The position numbers and the translations under genes were made by a program. The notes beneath the pieces are model-generated. The model saw nothing but the letters and a program-made list of their open reading frames with translations, was not told where the DNA came from and did not search any database. Below, piece after piece: positions 25,741 to 40,440 of a stretch of DNA of 64,000 nt (position 1 is its first letter; each line of letters starts with the position of its first letter). The stretch is taken from the NCBI RefSeq assembly GCF_006345805.1, contig NC_042998.1:27962001-28026000 (forward strand). The letters run 5' to 3'. Origin of the DNA: Octopus sinensis. Lineage: Eukaryota.

Positions 25741-27000
25741 TGTTTGCACATGTATATTTGTAAATAACGATAAATACGTATAGATAAATATATAGATATA
25801 TTCATGTATGTGCATATATCTAATAAGTACACAAAGAAATAGAGAGAGAGAATGAGTGCGAGAAGGAGAGTCAGCAAGCGAGAGAGAGAGGGGCAGTTAG
25901 AGAGAGTAGTACAATATAGTGAGCAATAATCCGTATTTGTCCAAAGGAATATTAACTGAAAGTAATTAATAACATGAAGACCAGCATGAAAGCTGTGTTT
26001 ATAGAAGATTGCTGCCACATGTATGTTATCTTAAGCAGTGATTTATGCACGGAAATAAGAGTTACTTTCTCTTCATATAGCACAGAGTCGGATATAAACC
26101 TGCAATAATTGCAATTAGTGAACGTTTTATTTGGTTTGATTCTGTTCCTATATGCGAATGTACCACATAAATGGAATCCTATCCTGTAGCTAATATTCAA
26201 AAAAATCCGCTTGATTTATTTGTTGATGGATATATAGAACTGCTTCCAAGAAGGGAGTGTTCACGTTCTGGCACTGTCTCCATCTATCTTTTAACCATGA
26301 AATCAGTGAACTCCATAATAAGAAGCACAACTTTATTGGTGTTCTTAGAAATATAATCAACCGAATTCCAATAGCGAGAATCGCGAAATTAAGATAATAA
26401 TACGTCTCTAAGATTTCTGACCGTACAATAATGCAGTCACAGTGATAGCTGAAATAAAATATATCACTCAATTTGTCATTCCTGTGTTGATTGTATGAGA
26501 CTACGGGATGATAGCTATTATAAATTATTGATACGCTGACAATCTGATATTGGAAAATCGAAGTTTTACAAATAAAAAAAAATGTTCTGATTCAAAATAT
26601 AACTGAATGGAAGCAAGAATAAACAAATCGTAATTTAAAAAAAAAAAGATATATAAATATTCAAATATTCAATTGTTTTTACTTATTCACAGGCGCACAG
26701 AGAGTTGAACATAAAACATTAGCGAACAAATAGATATTGCAAAACTATTACATATAAAGAAAATATCTGTTTACATATGGTTTTTCAATCGTTGTAAACA
26801 TTCATAACCAAACTCGTAATTCTCTCACTTCGTATCTATCTATCTATCTTTCTATCTATCTATCTATCTATATATCTATCTATCTTCCCCCCCTCTCTCT
26901 CTTTATATAATATATATATACATACATATATATATATATATATATATGTATGCATATCTATATATCTGTCTTTCTCTGCCTCTTTCTCTCTTTGTGTATG

Positions 27001-27079
<79 letters not shown>

Positions 27080-27091
27080 TATATGTATATA

Positions 27092-27147
<56 letters not shown>

Positions 27148-27422
27148 TATATATATATTATATATATATATGTATGTATGTATGTATGTATGCCTATCAA
27201 TCAATCAATCAAGCAATCTATTTATCTATCTATCTATCTATCTATATTCAAATTGTATTTTTCAGCTCTGAAATTCAATTTCGATTTCATACTTAATAAA
27301 TTGTACTTGAGAAAATCTCAGTGAATATGTATTGCTTATAACATACTACAGAGGTTGACATCAAGACATACTATCTGCTCCACAATTCTTTGTGGTATGA
27401 CAAAAATACATCCATACATATA

Positions 27423-28294
<872 letters not shown>

Positions 28295-28359
28295 GCTTGA
28301 AAGTTGTGTAGAGGCACACACGAGTAAGTAAGATATTTATGAAAATCAGGAACGAAAAA

Positions 28360-28717
28360 GCTACTTTCTTAAATTGGGTACAGTTTAATTTTCCTTTTAC
28401 ATGTTTCGGTTTTTGAAAAACCTCATCAAAAATATGTACTAAAGTGGAATATGTAGAGAGAAAAGAGCTATTAATAAAATTAAATTAAAATTACAATTAA
28501 GATTGACATTCATAGATTACTTTCCTTTTTTCTGCAAGAGCACGTGGATATATCCGTTAGATCTGGTTGTTAATCATAATTTTAATTTAAATTTTATTTT
28601 ATTAATAGCTCTTTTCTCTCTACATAGTCCATTTTAGTACAATATTTTTGATGAGGTTTTTCAAAACCGAAACATGTAAAATGAAAATTAAAATGTACCC
28701 AATTTTAAGAAAGTAGC
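28360..28717. mobile_element. Inverted pair of HHR-bearing segments
   Basis: 28360-28493 inverts 28577-28717; right end runs into (TA)n; third partial copy near 28785-28820. Confidence 0.75.
28644..28682 (+). ncRNA. Type I HHR with U3 (U3.G8); mirror copy ~28395-28434 on minus
   Basis: ATTT TTGATGA GGTTTT tc AAAACC GAAAC at GTA^AAAT; palindromic ACATGT. Confidence 0.65.
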
Positions 28718-29245
28718 ATATATATATATATATATATATGTTTGTGTGTGTGTGTGTGTGTATACATGAAAAACAAAAACGAAAACTGCTACTTTCTTAA
28801 AATTGGGTACATTTTAATTTTATATATATATATACACACACACACACACATACATACACACACACACACACAACACACACATATATATAATTGTTAAACA
28901 GGACGTCAAAAATTAAGGCAAACCAAACATCTCAAGTCATATACAATATTATTACACGGAGAAATTCAAAATCTTACAGCTGTTTCTGGGACATCCTCGA
29001 GTATGGGATATACGTCATTAGCGTACCTAATCGTACCTGTGAACTAACCCTCATACCTTATGTATATATATATATTATAATATATATATATATATATATA
29101 TACAAGAGCAATAAAGATTCAAGTTAATTTAAAAAATTCTTGAATATGGTACCTAACTTAGATGCACCAAAAAAACTATACTGATTTAAACAATACTAAT
29201 GTGGGGTGATTATAAGCGAGAAAGAAGCAACAAGAATGGATAGGT

Positions 29246-29336
29246 TTTTAGTACGATCGTTTCATACAAGGACAGGTTTTATTAAAAGTTGCAAAGATTA
29301 CAGCATATAAACGAGTCCCGTACTCATCAGCTAAAA
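29246..29336 (-). ncRNA. Type I HHR with long stem II
   Basis: Reverse complement of 34870-34959. Confidence 0.85.
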
Positions 29337-31978
29337 TACATGTAAGTTCTCCAGACATCCTAGTGTTTGAGGCTATACTCATGAAGTAATGTAGATAATT
29401 AAACAGATTTCTAAAGTTCATTAAAGTTCTTTAAAGATGATGCATAGTCTTATCACAGAATTTTAAAAAAGTTTTGATAGCATCACAGAGAAGGTGACCT
29501 AATCCATATGAATTTCCATAGATATGATGAGGGATTATATACTCACAGAAGACAAATTTATCCATTGTTATTAGCATTACAGAGAGGGTGAATTAATCCT
29601 TTGTATATATGCACAGATTCCAATGGTGTAGATGTAAATTTCCAGAGAAATGGAGATGAATTTCATATTCACAGGCGATAAATTTTACAATGGTTGAACA
29701 CAATGAGGTAGGTACCAATCCTTGTTATATGATTAGGTGTTTGCCATATTAATCACATTACTGCTATTCACAAGAGGCTGCAGCTATTTAACTCTTAAAG
29801 GTTGAAGGCTTACTAGATCGGCCAAGAATAGAGAAGGGAATAGAAGAAAAGAGAGAAATAATGGAGGAGGGAGCAAAAAAAGGGGGGGGAAAGGGGGACT
29901 AAAAGAGAAGAGAAAAGGAAACAGAGAATAAGAAGAAGAAAAAGAAGAAAGAGAAAAGAGAAAGAAATAGGGAAGAAGGGAAAAAAAGAAAGAAAAAAGA
30001 AAAAAGAGGGTTCTAGTTACAGAAGAGCTAGTAGACTGTAAGTCTGGTTTTAATCAACAGGCATCTAGGAACTGGAGGGGAATATTATTATTCTTTGACC
30101 AGTAAACCGTTAATTTATTGCTGTTGAAATCAGCTATGAGTTTAAAGAGAATCTAAAGAGAATAACACAGTCAGGGGTTAAGGGGTCAGATGCTAAAATC
30201 ACCAGAAAATACATTAGGAAAATCTAAGTATAATCTTATCAAAAAGTCATTAAAAATTTACTTATTTAATTTATTCATTTTATTGTCTTAAGGAGTTGTC
30301 GTTATTATTCATACATTGACCGACTACAGGTCAAATCTTATAAGATCATTTACAAGGTGTTAGGGGATTGTCTATCCTAATGAAGATAATCATATTATCA
30401 CCGAGGGAATAGCCTTATTTATTTAATTATGAAATAGAATTATGGGGCTACAGTAACTAATTATAATTTATTAGAGTTATGCTATTTAATTAGATTAAGT
30501 TAGGAATTAAAATTAAATATTACAATTAAGATTTAAAATTAAGAATTTAAAATTTGTGAGTTTGAAATTAAATAAAGCCTCAATTAAGTAGCGAATAAGT
30601 ACTATTCATTTCTCTGTTCTCAAAAACTGATGTAGATATAAGGAAAAAGATAAAGATAACTGTAATGTGAGAACTCTTAGTTATCTACTTAAAGCAGTGC
30701 TATACTAGTAGAAATCAAGTTATATCTATCTAGTTATGAATATTCCAATCATTTAAATATTTTAAAGTCTTCAATTTAGCGTGGACACAAACTTGACCTA
30801 GTTCGATATGGTTATTCAATAAGTTTCTATGTTTACTATGCTTTAGAATTTCGTACGTCTCCATGGAGCATAGTTGACACCAACCCTACTATTTTTATAC
30901 GGAATTGCTCTCCTAACTATTTCCCAATTAAGGGTATAATTTTGTTATTATTTTTCAGTTCCCAGATTTTGTTTGAAAGTGTGGGGGTACCAGCTTTATG
31001 ACGTAATTTAAAAGTCGAGATGTGATTTCTAACTCTGGCTAAAAATTAATTGTACAGCCAATGTAAAAATATTTGTTATTCTCCGTGGATATGGTACATT
31101 TATAGATACATTATTTTCCCTACATAGACCAGGTGCCGGGCATTTTGATTTTATTCTACACTTACACACAGGAGGAACAACTTCAGGCCTTGGATTATTC
31201 CTGGGTAGATGTTTAAGGTTCCTATTATTTTGATTATCTTTCTATAGTTGGTACTGATATCTAAAGTATTGTTATTATTTATTGATCCTTCCGTTTCATC
31301 ATTTAGGCGTAAAGTCCTACCAAGATTTCTTATATTATTCGTATGTTATTATTATTGTTAGTCTTTTTATCCAACTGTATATTATTGTTATAGATATCAC
31401 TGATATTTTCATTCTCCTTATTTTCTCCATTAGCCTTATTTCTATTATTTCTATTATTAACAATATTACTTCTATTAATATCGGCATTGTTATTATTACT
31501 ATTAATGTTAATGTTATTAGTCATTCTGTGGTTACTAATTTCACCTATGTTTTGATAATTCCTATTGCTGTTTTTATTGTTGGTGGTAGTATTATGTTAT
31601 TGCTATTGGTATTCATTCTGATATTATTATTTTTATTTCTATCTTTCCTGGCTAGTTTAATGTTGTTATTATTAATTTTAGCTATTAAAGTGGACATATT
31701 TGGGAGGGTTGAATAAGAAATCCTAACTGTTTTCCTAGAAATAATTCTATGATATCTATGAGAGATAGGAAATTTTTTTCCAGAATTACTTTGAATTTGT
31801 TCTGTATATCCGATTGTATCGCACAGTTGAAAGGAATATTCAGCCATAATATATCTTTTTTATAAAATTTAGGGTTCGTAGAATTACTACTATTCATCTC
31901 ACCGGAGTTATTGTATTTATTACCATTATTTTTATTTTTATTTGTGTGCATCTTAGGTTTATCTACTTCAATCTTATA

Positions 31979-33450
31979 TTTAACTCCCATTCTGAGCATT
32001 ATAATGCGGCGTTAACTAAGGCTGGATACAACCAAAAGATTACATTCGTTGATAGGGAGAACTCACGTATTCCTAATAATGAAGTTATCAGTAATCAAGT
32101 AAGCAGCAAAAAAGACCAAACCCGAAATAAAGTAGAATTAAATTAACGGTAAACGCCAATCTAGAGTACAGGCCCAACAATTCAAATAGAAGCATTGACC
32201 AGAACATAGGTAACTCGGATAAGATTGAAGTAGATAAACCTAAGATGCACACAAATAAAAATAAAAATAATGGTAATAAATACAATAACTCCGGTGAGAT
32301 GAATAGTAGTAATTCTACGAACCCTAATTTTATAAAAAAGATATATTATGGCTGAATATTCCTTTCAACTGTGCGATACAATCGGATATACAGAACAAAT
32401 TCAAAGTAATTCTGGAAAAAATTTCCCTATCTCTCATAGATATCATAGAATTATTTCTAGGAAAACAGTTAGGATTTCTTATTCAACCCTCCCAAATATG
32501 TCCACTTTAATAGCTAAAATTAATAATAACAACATTAAACTAGCCAGGAAAGATAGAAATAAAAATAATAATATCAGAATGAATACCAATAGCAATAACA
32601 ATAATACTACCAACAATAAAAACAGCAATAGGAATTATCAAAACATAGGTGAAATTAGTAACCACAGAATGACTAATAACATTAACATTAATAGTAATAA
32701 TAACAATGCCGATATTAATAGAAGTAATATTGTTAATAATAGAAATAATAGAAATAAGGCTAATGGAGAAAATAAGGAGAATGAAAATATCAGTGATATC
32801 TATAACAATAATATACAGTTGGATAAAAAGACTAACAATAATAATAACATTACGAATAATATAAGAAATCTTGGTAGGACTTTACGCCTAAATGATGAAA
32901 CGGAAGGATCAATAAATAATAACAATACTTTAGATATCAGTACCAACTATAGAAATGATAATCAAAATAATAGGAACCTTAAACATCTACCCAGGAATAA
33001 TCCAAGGCCTGAAGTTGTTCCTCCTGTGTGTAAGTGTAGAATAAAATCAAAATGCCCGGCACCTGGTCTATGTAGGGAAAATAATGTAATCTATAAATGT
33101 ACCATATCCACGGAGAATAACAAATATTTTTACATTGGCTGTACAATTAATTTTTTAGCCAGAGTTAGAAATCACATCTCGACTTTTAAATTACGTCATA
33201 AAGCTGGTACCACCACACTTTCAAACAAAATCTGGGAACTCAAAAATAATAACAAAAATATACCCTTAATTGGGAAATAGTTAGGAGAGCAATTCCGTAT
33301 AAAAATAGTAGGGTTGGTTGTCAACTATGCTCCATGGAGACGTACGAAATTCTAAAGCATAGTAAACATAGAAACTTATTGAATAACCATATCGAACTAG
33401 GTCAAGTTTGTGTCCACGCTAAATTGAAGACTTTAAAATATTTTAAATGA
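31979..33450 (+). pseudogene. PLE ORF C-terminus: RT thumb end, Asn-rich linker, GIY-YIG endonuclease (frameshifted)
   Basis: YNAALTKAGY; ILWLNIPFN...KNFPISHRYHRIISRKTVRISYSTLPNM; CKC...CPAPGLC...VIYKC...YIGCT...R.RNH..TF...TTLSNKIWELK; W.I....PY....CQLC..E. Typical PLE EN architecture. Confidence 0.9.
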
Positions 33451-34869
33451 TTGGAATATTCATAACTAGATAGATAGATATAACTTGATTTCTACTAGTA
33501 TAGCACTGCTTTAAGTAGATAACTAAGAGTTCTCACATTACAGTTATCTTTATTTTTTCCTTATATCTACATCAGTTTTTTGAGAACAGAGAAATGAATA
33601 GTACTTATTCGCTACTTAATTGAGGCTTTATTTAATTTCAAACTCACAATTTTTAAATTCTTAATTTTAAATCTTAATTGTAATATTTAATTTTAATTCC
33701 TAACTTAATCTAATTTAAATAGCATAACTCTAATAAATTATAATTAGTTACTGTAGCCCCATAATTCTATTTCATAATTAAATAAATAAGGCTATTCCCT
33801 CGGTGATAATATGATTATCTTCATTAGGATAGACAATCCCCTAACACCTTGTAAATGATCTTATAAGATTTGACCTGTAGTCGGTCAATGTATGAATAAT
33901 AACGACAACTCCTTAAGACAATAAAATGAATAAATTAAATAAGTAAATTTTTAATGACTTTTTGATAAGATTATACTTAGATTTTCCTAATGTATTTTCT
34001 GGTGATTTTAGCATCTGACCCCTTAACCCCTGACTGTGTTATCTCTTTAGATTCTCTTAAACTCATAGCTGATTTCAACAGCAATAAATTAACGGTTTAC
34101 TGGTCAAAGAATAATAATATTCCCCTCCAGTTCCTAGATGCCTGTTGATTAAAACCAGACTTACAGTCTACTAGCTCTTCTGTATAACTAGAACCCTCTT
34201 TTTTCTTTTTCTTTTTCTTTTTTTCCCTTCTTTCCTATTTCTTTCTCTTTTCTCTCTTTCTTCTTTTTCTTCTTCTTATTCTCTGTTTCCTTTTCTCTTC
34301 TCTTTTAGTCCCCCTTTCCCCCCCTTTTTTTGCTCCCTCCTCCATTATTTTCTCTCTTTTTCTTCTATTCCCCTCTATTCTTGGCCGATCTAGTAAGCCC
34401 TTCAACCTTTAAGAGTTAAATAGCTGCAGCCTCTTGTGAATAGCAGTAATGTGATTAATATGGCAAACACCTAATCATATAACAAGGATTGGTACCTACC
34501 TCATTGTGTTCAACCATTGTAAAATTTATCGCCTGTGAATATGAAATTCATCTCCATTTCTCTGGAAATTTACATCTACACCATTGGAATCTGTGCATAT
34601 ATACAAAGGATTAATTCACCCTCTCTGTAATGCTAATAACAATGGATAAATTTGTCTTCTGTGAGTATATAATCCCTCATCATATCTATGGAAATTCATA
34701 TGGATTAGGTCACCTTCTCTGTGATGCTATCAAAACTTTTTTAAAATTCTGTGATAAGACTATGCATCATCTTTAAAGAACTTTAATGAACTTTAGAAAT
34801 CTGTTTAATTATCTACATTACTTCATGAGTATAGCCTCAACACTAGGATGTCTGGAGAACTTACATGTA

Positions 34870-34959
34870 TTTTAGCTGATGAGTACGGGACTCGTTTATA
34901 TGCTGTAATCTTTGCAACTTTTAATAAACCTGTCCTTGTATGAAACGATCGTACTAAAA
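34870..34959 (+). ncRNA. Type I HHR with ~58-nt extended stem II at the PLE 3' end
   Basis: TTTTAG CTGATGA GTAC-GGAC..GTTTAT...ATAAAC..GTCC-GTAT GAAAC gatc GTA^CTAAAA. Confidence 0.85.
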
Positions 34960-34990
34960 ACCTATCCATTCTTGTTGCTTCTTTCTCGCG

Positions 34991-35021
<31 letters not shown>

Positions 35022-35160
35022 TATGTATATATATAGCATTAAGGACAACTTCTTAATAAGGAATCTTAATAAGAAATTATCAGGTAGATAGCGTGAAAAA
35101 CCTCATAAGAGAAAAATTTCGAAAATAATTCTTTCTTATTGAACATATTAATTTATATAT

Positions 35161-35767
35161 AGAGGGCATTATTATACAAAGATGCCACACACTAAGAGGG
35201 ACAAAAAGTCATTTCTACCAAAAATTTTACTAATCCCACCGAATGCAATCTTTCAAAGCAAGACATTTAAAAAATATAGACTTGTATCACCTGTGATTTC
35301 GTACTTACGCACTCTTCAGCAAGCTTGGACGTATCATAAATAAACGGCCCTGTCTCGTCGAAGCCAAGCAGCTAACTGCTCAACGTCAACGAAGCACATG
35401 GGGAGTTTACATATATTACATCCGTTGTCCTTAATTGCTAAATAATTTTATTCCGAAAAAACTTTTTCTATCCGAAATGCAATTCGAAGAAGCCTGCCAT
35501 TTATCGGATGTAATATATGTAAACTCCCCATGTGCTTCGTTGACGTTGAGCAGTTAGCTGCTTGGCTTCGACGAGACAGGGCCGTTTATTTATGATACGT
35601 CCAGGCTTGCTGAAGAGTGCGTAAGTACGAAATCACAGGTGATACAAGTCTATATTTTTTAAATGTCTTGCTTTGAAAGATTGCATTCGGTGGGATTAGT
35701 AAAATTTTTGGTAGAAATTACTTTTTGTCCCTCTTAGCGTGTGGCATCTTTGTATAATAATGCCCTC

Positions 35768-35768
<1 letters not shown>
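35161..35768. mobile_element. Inverted pair (264-bp arms, 80-bp spacer) of an HHR element
   Basis: 35161-35424 inverts 35505-35768 almost perfectly; right end abuts (TA)n. Confidence 0.85.
35606..35648 (+). ncRNA. Type I HHR (mirror copy 35281-35323 on minus)
   Basis: CTTG CTGAAGA GTGC gtaa GTAC GAAAT CAC ag GTG ATA^CAAG; 5-bp stem III. Confidence 0.8.
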
Positions 35769-35863
<95 letters not shown>

Positions 35864-35969
35864 CGTACGTATGTATGTATGTATGTATGTATGTATATAT
35901 GTATGTATGCATTTCTGTGATTTAAGGGGACATTATCTGTGTCCTTATATTTTTGAACAAGGCATTTAC

Positions 35970-36031
35970 CACCCCCACTCAGCTCAAAACAATATCTGTG
36001 CATCGCGATTGTTATGAGCTGAGTGGGGGTG
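35970..36031. repeat. 62-nt hairpin
   Basis: cacccccactcagctca(a)aacaat pairs with attgtt(a)tgagctgagtgggggtg. Confidence 0.8.
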
Positions 36032-36721
36032 CTATATTTCCTTGTTGGAAAATATAAGAACACAGATCGTATCGTATGGCAAGCTGGAGACAATGTCTCT
36101 TGGGGTTAAATTACAGCAACATTCGTCCTAAACCAGGACTACCATGTTATATTGGCAGAAATCTTTACTCCAACGTACTCTTGCTGAATATCTTTCGTTG
36201 TGAGATTTAAAAATAGTAATTTCCTAATGTGATAATAATTTAATACAAATTCGAAACACAAGGAATTACTTATCCTTAATGCCTTTATTTCATATAGCCA
36301 ATTTAGTCATTTTTGCTTGTTTCATTTGTAAATAGATTGCAAACAAACTGGCGAAATGGGTCAGAAAATCTTACACTGTATAGTGAGCAATAAATTATAT
36401 TGCTTTAGACATGACCATAAATTTTGAAAAGTGTCTGCACTTAAAATAATTTGGAAAGAAATAGTTTTTGGAATTAAAAAAAAATCAAGTAATTTAGCTG
36501 CATTTGATAAAACCTATTAATAATATTCAAATGAAATTACGAGCGAATATATGCATACATATATACACACACATACCTTTGACATACACATCCATCCATC
36601 CATCCATCCATCCGTGTGTATGACGTTTGTTTGTCTGTCTGTGTATGTATGTATGTATGTATCTATCTATCTTTCTATCTGTCTGTCTATCTATCTATCT
36701 ATGTATCTATCTATCTATCTG

Positions 36722-36763
<42 letters not shown>

Positions 36764-37174
36764 ATCTATCTATCTATCTATCTATCTACCTATCTATCTA
36801 CATATATACGTATACATACACACAATATATTGTCTCCATATACCCATATATACATATGCATACCCATACGTCACATTAGATATGACTGCTCTAGTTGTGT
36901 TATCTTTCCCGAGTTTGATATTTTCATACGAGTTCCTTGCAGTATAAAAGTACAAAAGTAAAGCAGTAAATTAAATCAAATGTTCAATGTTTTTACTTTC
37001 TAATTTCTAATTTCTAGTCTAGTCAAAGTTTCAACGTAACAAGTAAATTATCTGAACAAGGGTTGCTGCTTCCGTATTGTAACCAAGGCCAACATTGTTG
37101 CAAAATTAGTTTTCCTACCGAGTTGTGCATTGTGTTGCAGTGGTTCTTTTGTAAGTGTTTACTGAGTCAGGAAG

Positions 37175-37510
37175 GCGTATGGCTCAGTGGTTAGAGCGTT
37201 GAGCTTACGATCGTTAGGTTGTGAGCTCGAATCCCGGACCGGGCTGCGTGTTGTGTTCTTGAGCAAGACAATTTATTTCATATTGCTCCAGTTCTCTCAG
37301 CTGTAGAAATGAGTTGCGACGTTACAGGTGCCAAGCTGTATCGGCCCCTTTGCTTTTCCCTTGGATAACACTGGTAGCGTGGAGAGGGGAGGCCGGTATA
37401 CATGGGCGAATGCTGGTATTCCATAAACAACCGTGCCCTGACTTGTGCCTGAGAGGGTAACTTTCTGGGTGCAGTCCTATGGTTTTTGTCGTGACTGAAG
37501 GGGGTCTCAG
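37175..37510 (+). mobile_element. tRNA-derived SINE (family C-related head) with 14-bp TSD
   Basis: TSD actgagtcaggaag at 37161-37174 and 37511-37524; head ggcgtatggctcagtggttagagc...ctcgaatccc. Confidence 0.85.
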
Positions 37511-38641
37511 ACTGAGTCAGGAAGCGAGCGCTGTATTTGTAAGGCCAATATGGTTGTTGCACTCGTTAAATTACTATTTTCATATTGGACTGGATTGCCT
37601 TCGTCCACTGCAGGAGGAAGGGCTCAGCATGTTCTCTCCAGAAACCACGATTCGATATGAAGGCCATGAAATTGAGCTTGAGACCATACTAGTTTGATGA
37701 GCCTACTCTGCCACGCTGGCTCCACATCTCTTGGCAGATGGGGGCAGTTTTTAAACCCATGCACAGGAGTATATAAGTCGATTACAATTTTCGTACATGC
37801 AACCTAATTTATAGATATCATCGGTTCTTAGTTGTGTATTCGCTGTCTTAAAAGCTGGTGGATTGTCGTTAATAACAAGTGACAACTTGCTGGGGCTGCC
37901 TGCTGGAGCCTAGCAGCAGGTGTTGAAAGGGAAAATTGGACAAGGCACTCAGTCACCCGCCGAAACTCGTTGACGCTACATCGAAGAGGCCAGGGAACAG
38001 AAGAAAGAAGAAAGAAAACATGCACCCAACACCAGAGCTGAAGACACCTCCGAAATTGGGGGGGGGCGCCACATCAAAACGGTAGAGGAGTAGGAGCCGA
38101 AACCGGACGTGGTTTCTCCTGATGATTTCGTGAGCTAACTGGATCCTATAAAGGAACTGTCGTGGTAGCACACCACGAAACACGGTTGAAACTCTCCTCT
38201 GTTTGGCAGTACTAATGATTAGTGACAAATATTTCTTGTCATATCCTGTACACATATAACATTAAACGTTCATCACACAATATAAGTCTGTCGTTTTAAG
38301 AAAATCTATTTGAATAAATAACAAAATATCTGAACAAATTTAATAGTGGAAATTGTCTCACATAGAATAATATGAATATTTGATAGATTATACGAAAATT
38401 TGCTCGTATTTCCTCTCAGACTACCTGATTTCCTCTTTGAAATTCGTGTGCCGAATGTCAAATTTTCTGTTACATTAAAGATCATAGTAATTAAATTCAC
38501 TTGTAATTTGATTTGTCTGGTTTCTTCTTTTCGCCAAAACACACATTTTAATTGTGGGTACTCTTGTTATGTTGTCATGAGTGCACATAATGTATATATA
38601 TATATACATACATACACACACATATATATACACATACATAT

Positions 38642-38716
<75 letters not shown>

Positions 38717-39969
38717 GTCTAAATTGTCCTACTAAACTAATTGTCCAATTACCTAGTGTAGATGAAAATACAATGTTACGTTGAAAGTGAAAGTGAATGG
38801 CTAAGTTTGCTTCGTAAAACAAAGGTTATTTTTCTTTTCATCATTAATCAAGTTGACAACGATGATTTAAAATATTTCCGACAGACAGTCACTTCCATAT
38901 ACTTTACAGATAAATTTTGAACTCCATTCTTTCTTGATCTGTTTCATTTAATTGGATCTCGAATATTACGCAGTACTTATTTAGTATGTATTTGCTAGTT
39001 TAAAGTACAGGCTAACTGCAGCTTTCACTTATAAATTAGAATATACAGGAATATACGCTATGAGATACATACGCATACGAGTGTTCCCATGTGTTTATTT
39101 GTCTGTGTTTACCTTAAATATACGGTAATATCACCCTTACGCAATATACATATGCTTAAATATGTCTGAGAGCATGTACACAAAACCACTCACAAAATTT
39201 CTATGTAGCTAATGGTAATGATATTGTTGGAATAAAAATATTCACGTAAAAATATTTTATTTTCATTTTTATTTTTATTTCGGTAACAATATATGAGCAT
39301 AAATTCTTAAAATACTCGTATATCGACATTATTGTTATTACCCTTCCAGGCAGCAATTTTGCGGCGTCGACAGTTATTGCAAACCATTATAAAGTAAACT
39401 AAAAATATAAGCACCAATCAAAATGAACATCCTTTACGTCAACAGATTGTGGCCTTAGTGTCATATATCAAGCAATTTAATATTCCTAGCTGCAGAGAAG
39501 TTTCATATTATTAAGATGGAAAGCAGATGTCTAAAATCAATAGAAACATCAATTGGAGAAGCATGATATATCAGATATTTTTTGTCGTTTAATGATGGTC
39601 TATTTCTGAAATTCAGAGATCAATACAGTATATGGTGAGAGAGAAGGAAATCTCCAAAATATACAACTATCAGATAAGGGAATATGTGATTTGTTCTTAC
39701 ATATCTAACTATGTTTTGTGGCGCCGAATAATATACAACTTTTAATTATTGGTTAGTTCATTCGGAAAGCATTTTTAAAATATGAACAAGTGAACAAGAT
39801 AAAAAAGACTAAAATAACATGTTTCTTACAGAAAATGAAAAGTAATACGAGAAAAAAACTGTAGTAGTAATGCAAAAATATTTCCTATTGTGTTATTGAG
39901 GCAAATACAAAATGTTCCAATAATAAAGACTAATGCGATATGTTGTTATCGTGATATAATGTCTAAATA

Positions 39970-40440
39970 AGGTGGCGAGCTGGCAGAATCGTTAGCACGC
40001 CGAGCGAAGTGCTTCGTGGTATTTCGCCCGTCGCTACGTTCTGAGTTTAAATTCCGCCGAGGTCGACTTTGCCTTTCATCCTTTCAGGGTCGATAAATTA
40101 AGTACCAGTTGCGCGCTGGAGTCGATGTAATCGACTTAACCCGTGTGTCTGTCCTTGTTTGTCCCCTCTGTGTTTAGCCCTTTGTGGGTAATAAAGAAAC
40201 AGATACAATGTCTAAATGAGGTGGCGAGCTGGCAGAATCGTTAGCACGTCGGGTAAACTGCTTCGTCGCCTTTCGTCCGTCTTTACGCTCTGAGTTCAAA
40301 TTCTACCGAGGTCGACTCTGTCTTTCATTCTTCCGGGATTGATTAAATAAGTACCTGTCATGTACTTGCGACGATGTAATCGACTGAGCCCCTTCCTCAA
40401 TATTGCTGTCTTTGTGCCTAAATTTGAAACCAATATAATC
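39970..40440 (+). mobile_element. Two tandem SINE family A copies
   Basis: aggtggcgagctggcagaatcgttagcacg heads near 39970 and 40218. Confidence 0.85.

Larger units (their letters stand above)
29216..34989. mobile_element. 5'-truncated Penelope-like element with a ~2.76-kb inverted copy of its 3' part
   Basis: 29216-31978 is the near-identical reverse complement of 32219-34989; 240-bp spacer; PLE ORF end plus terminal HHR in each arm. Confidence 0.9.

Noticed and set aside
25952-26471. Hydrophobic minus-strand ORFs suggesting a receptor fragment
   Set aside because: No recognisable family motif or clear splice signals.
38085-38200. CTGATGA with two downstream GAAAC motifs
   Set aside because: No single fold gives proper stems I, II and III together; left unresolved.
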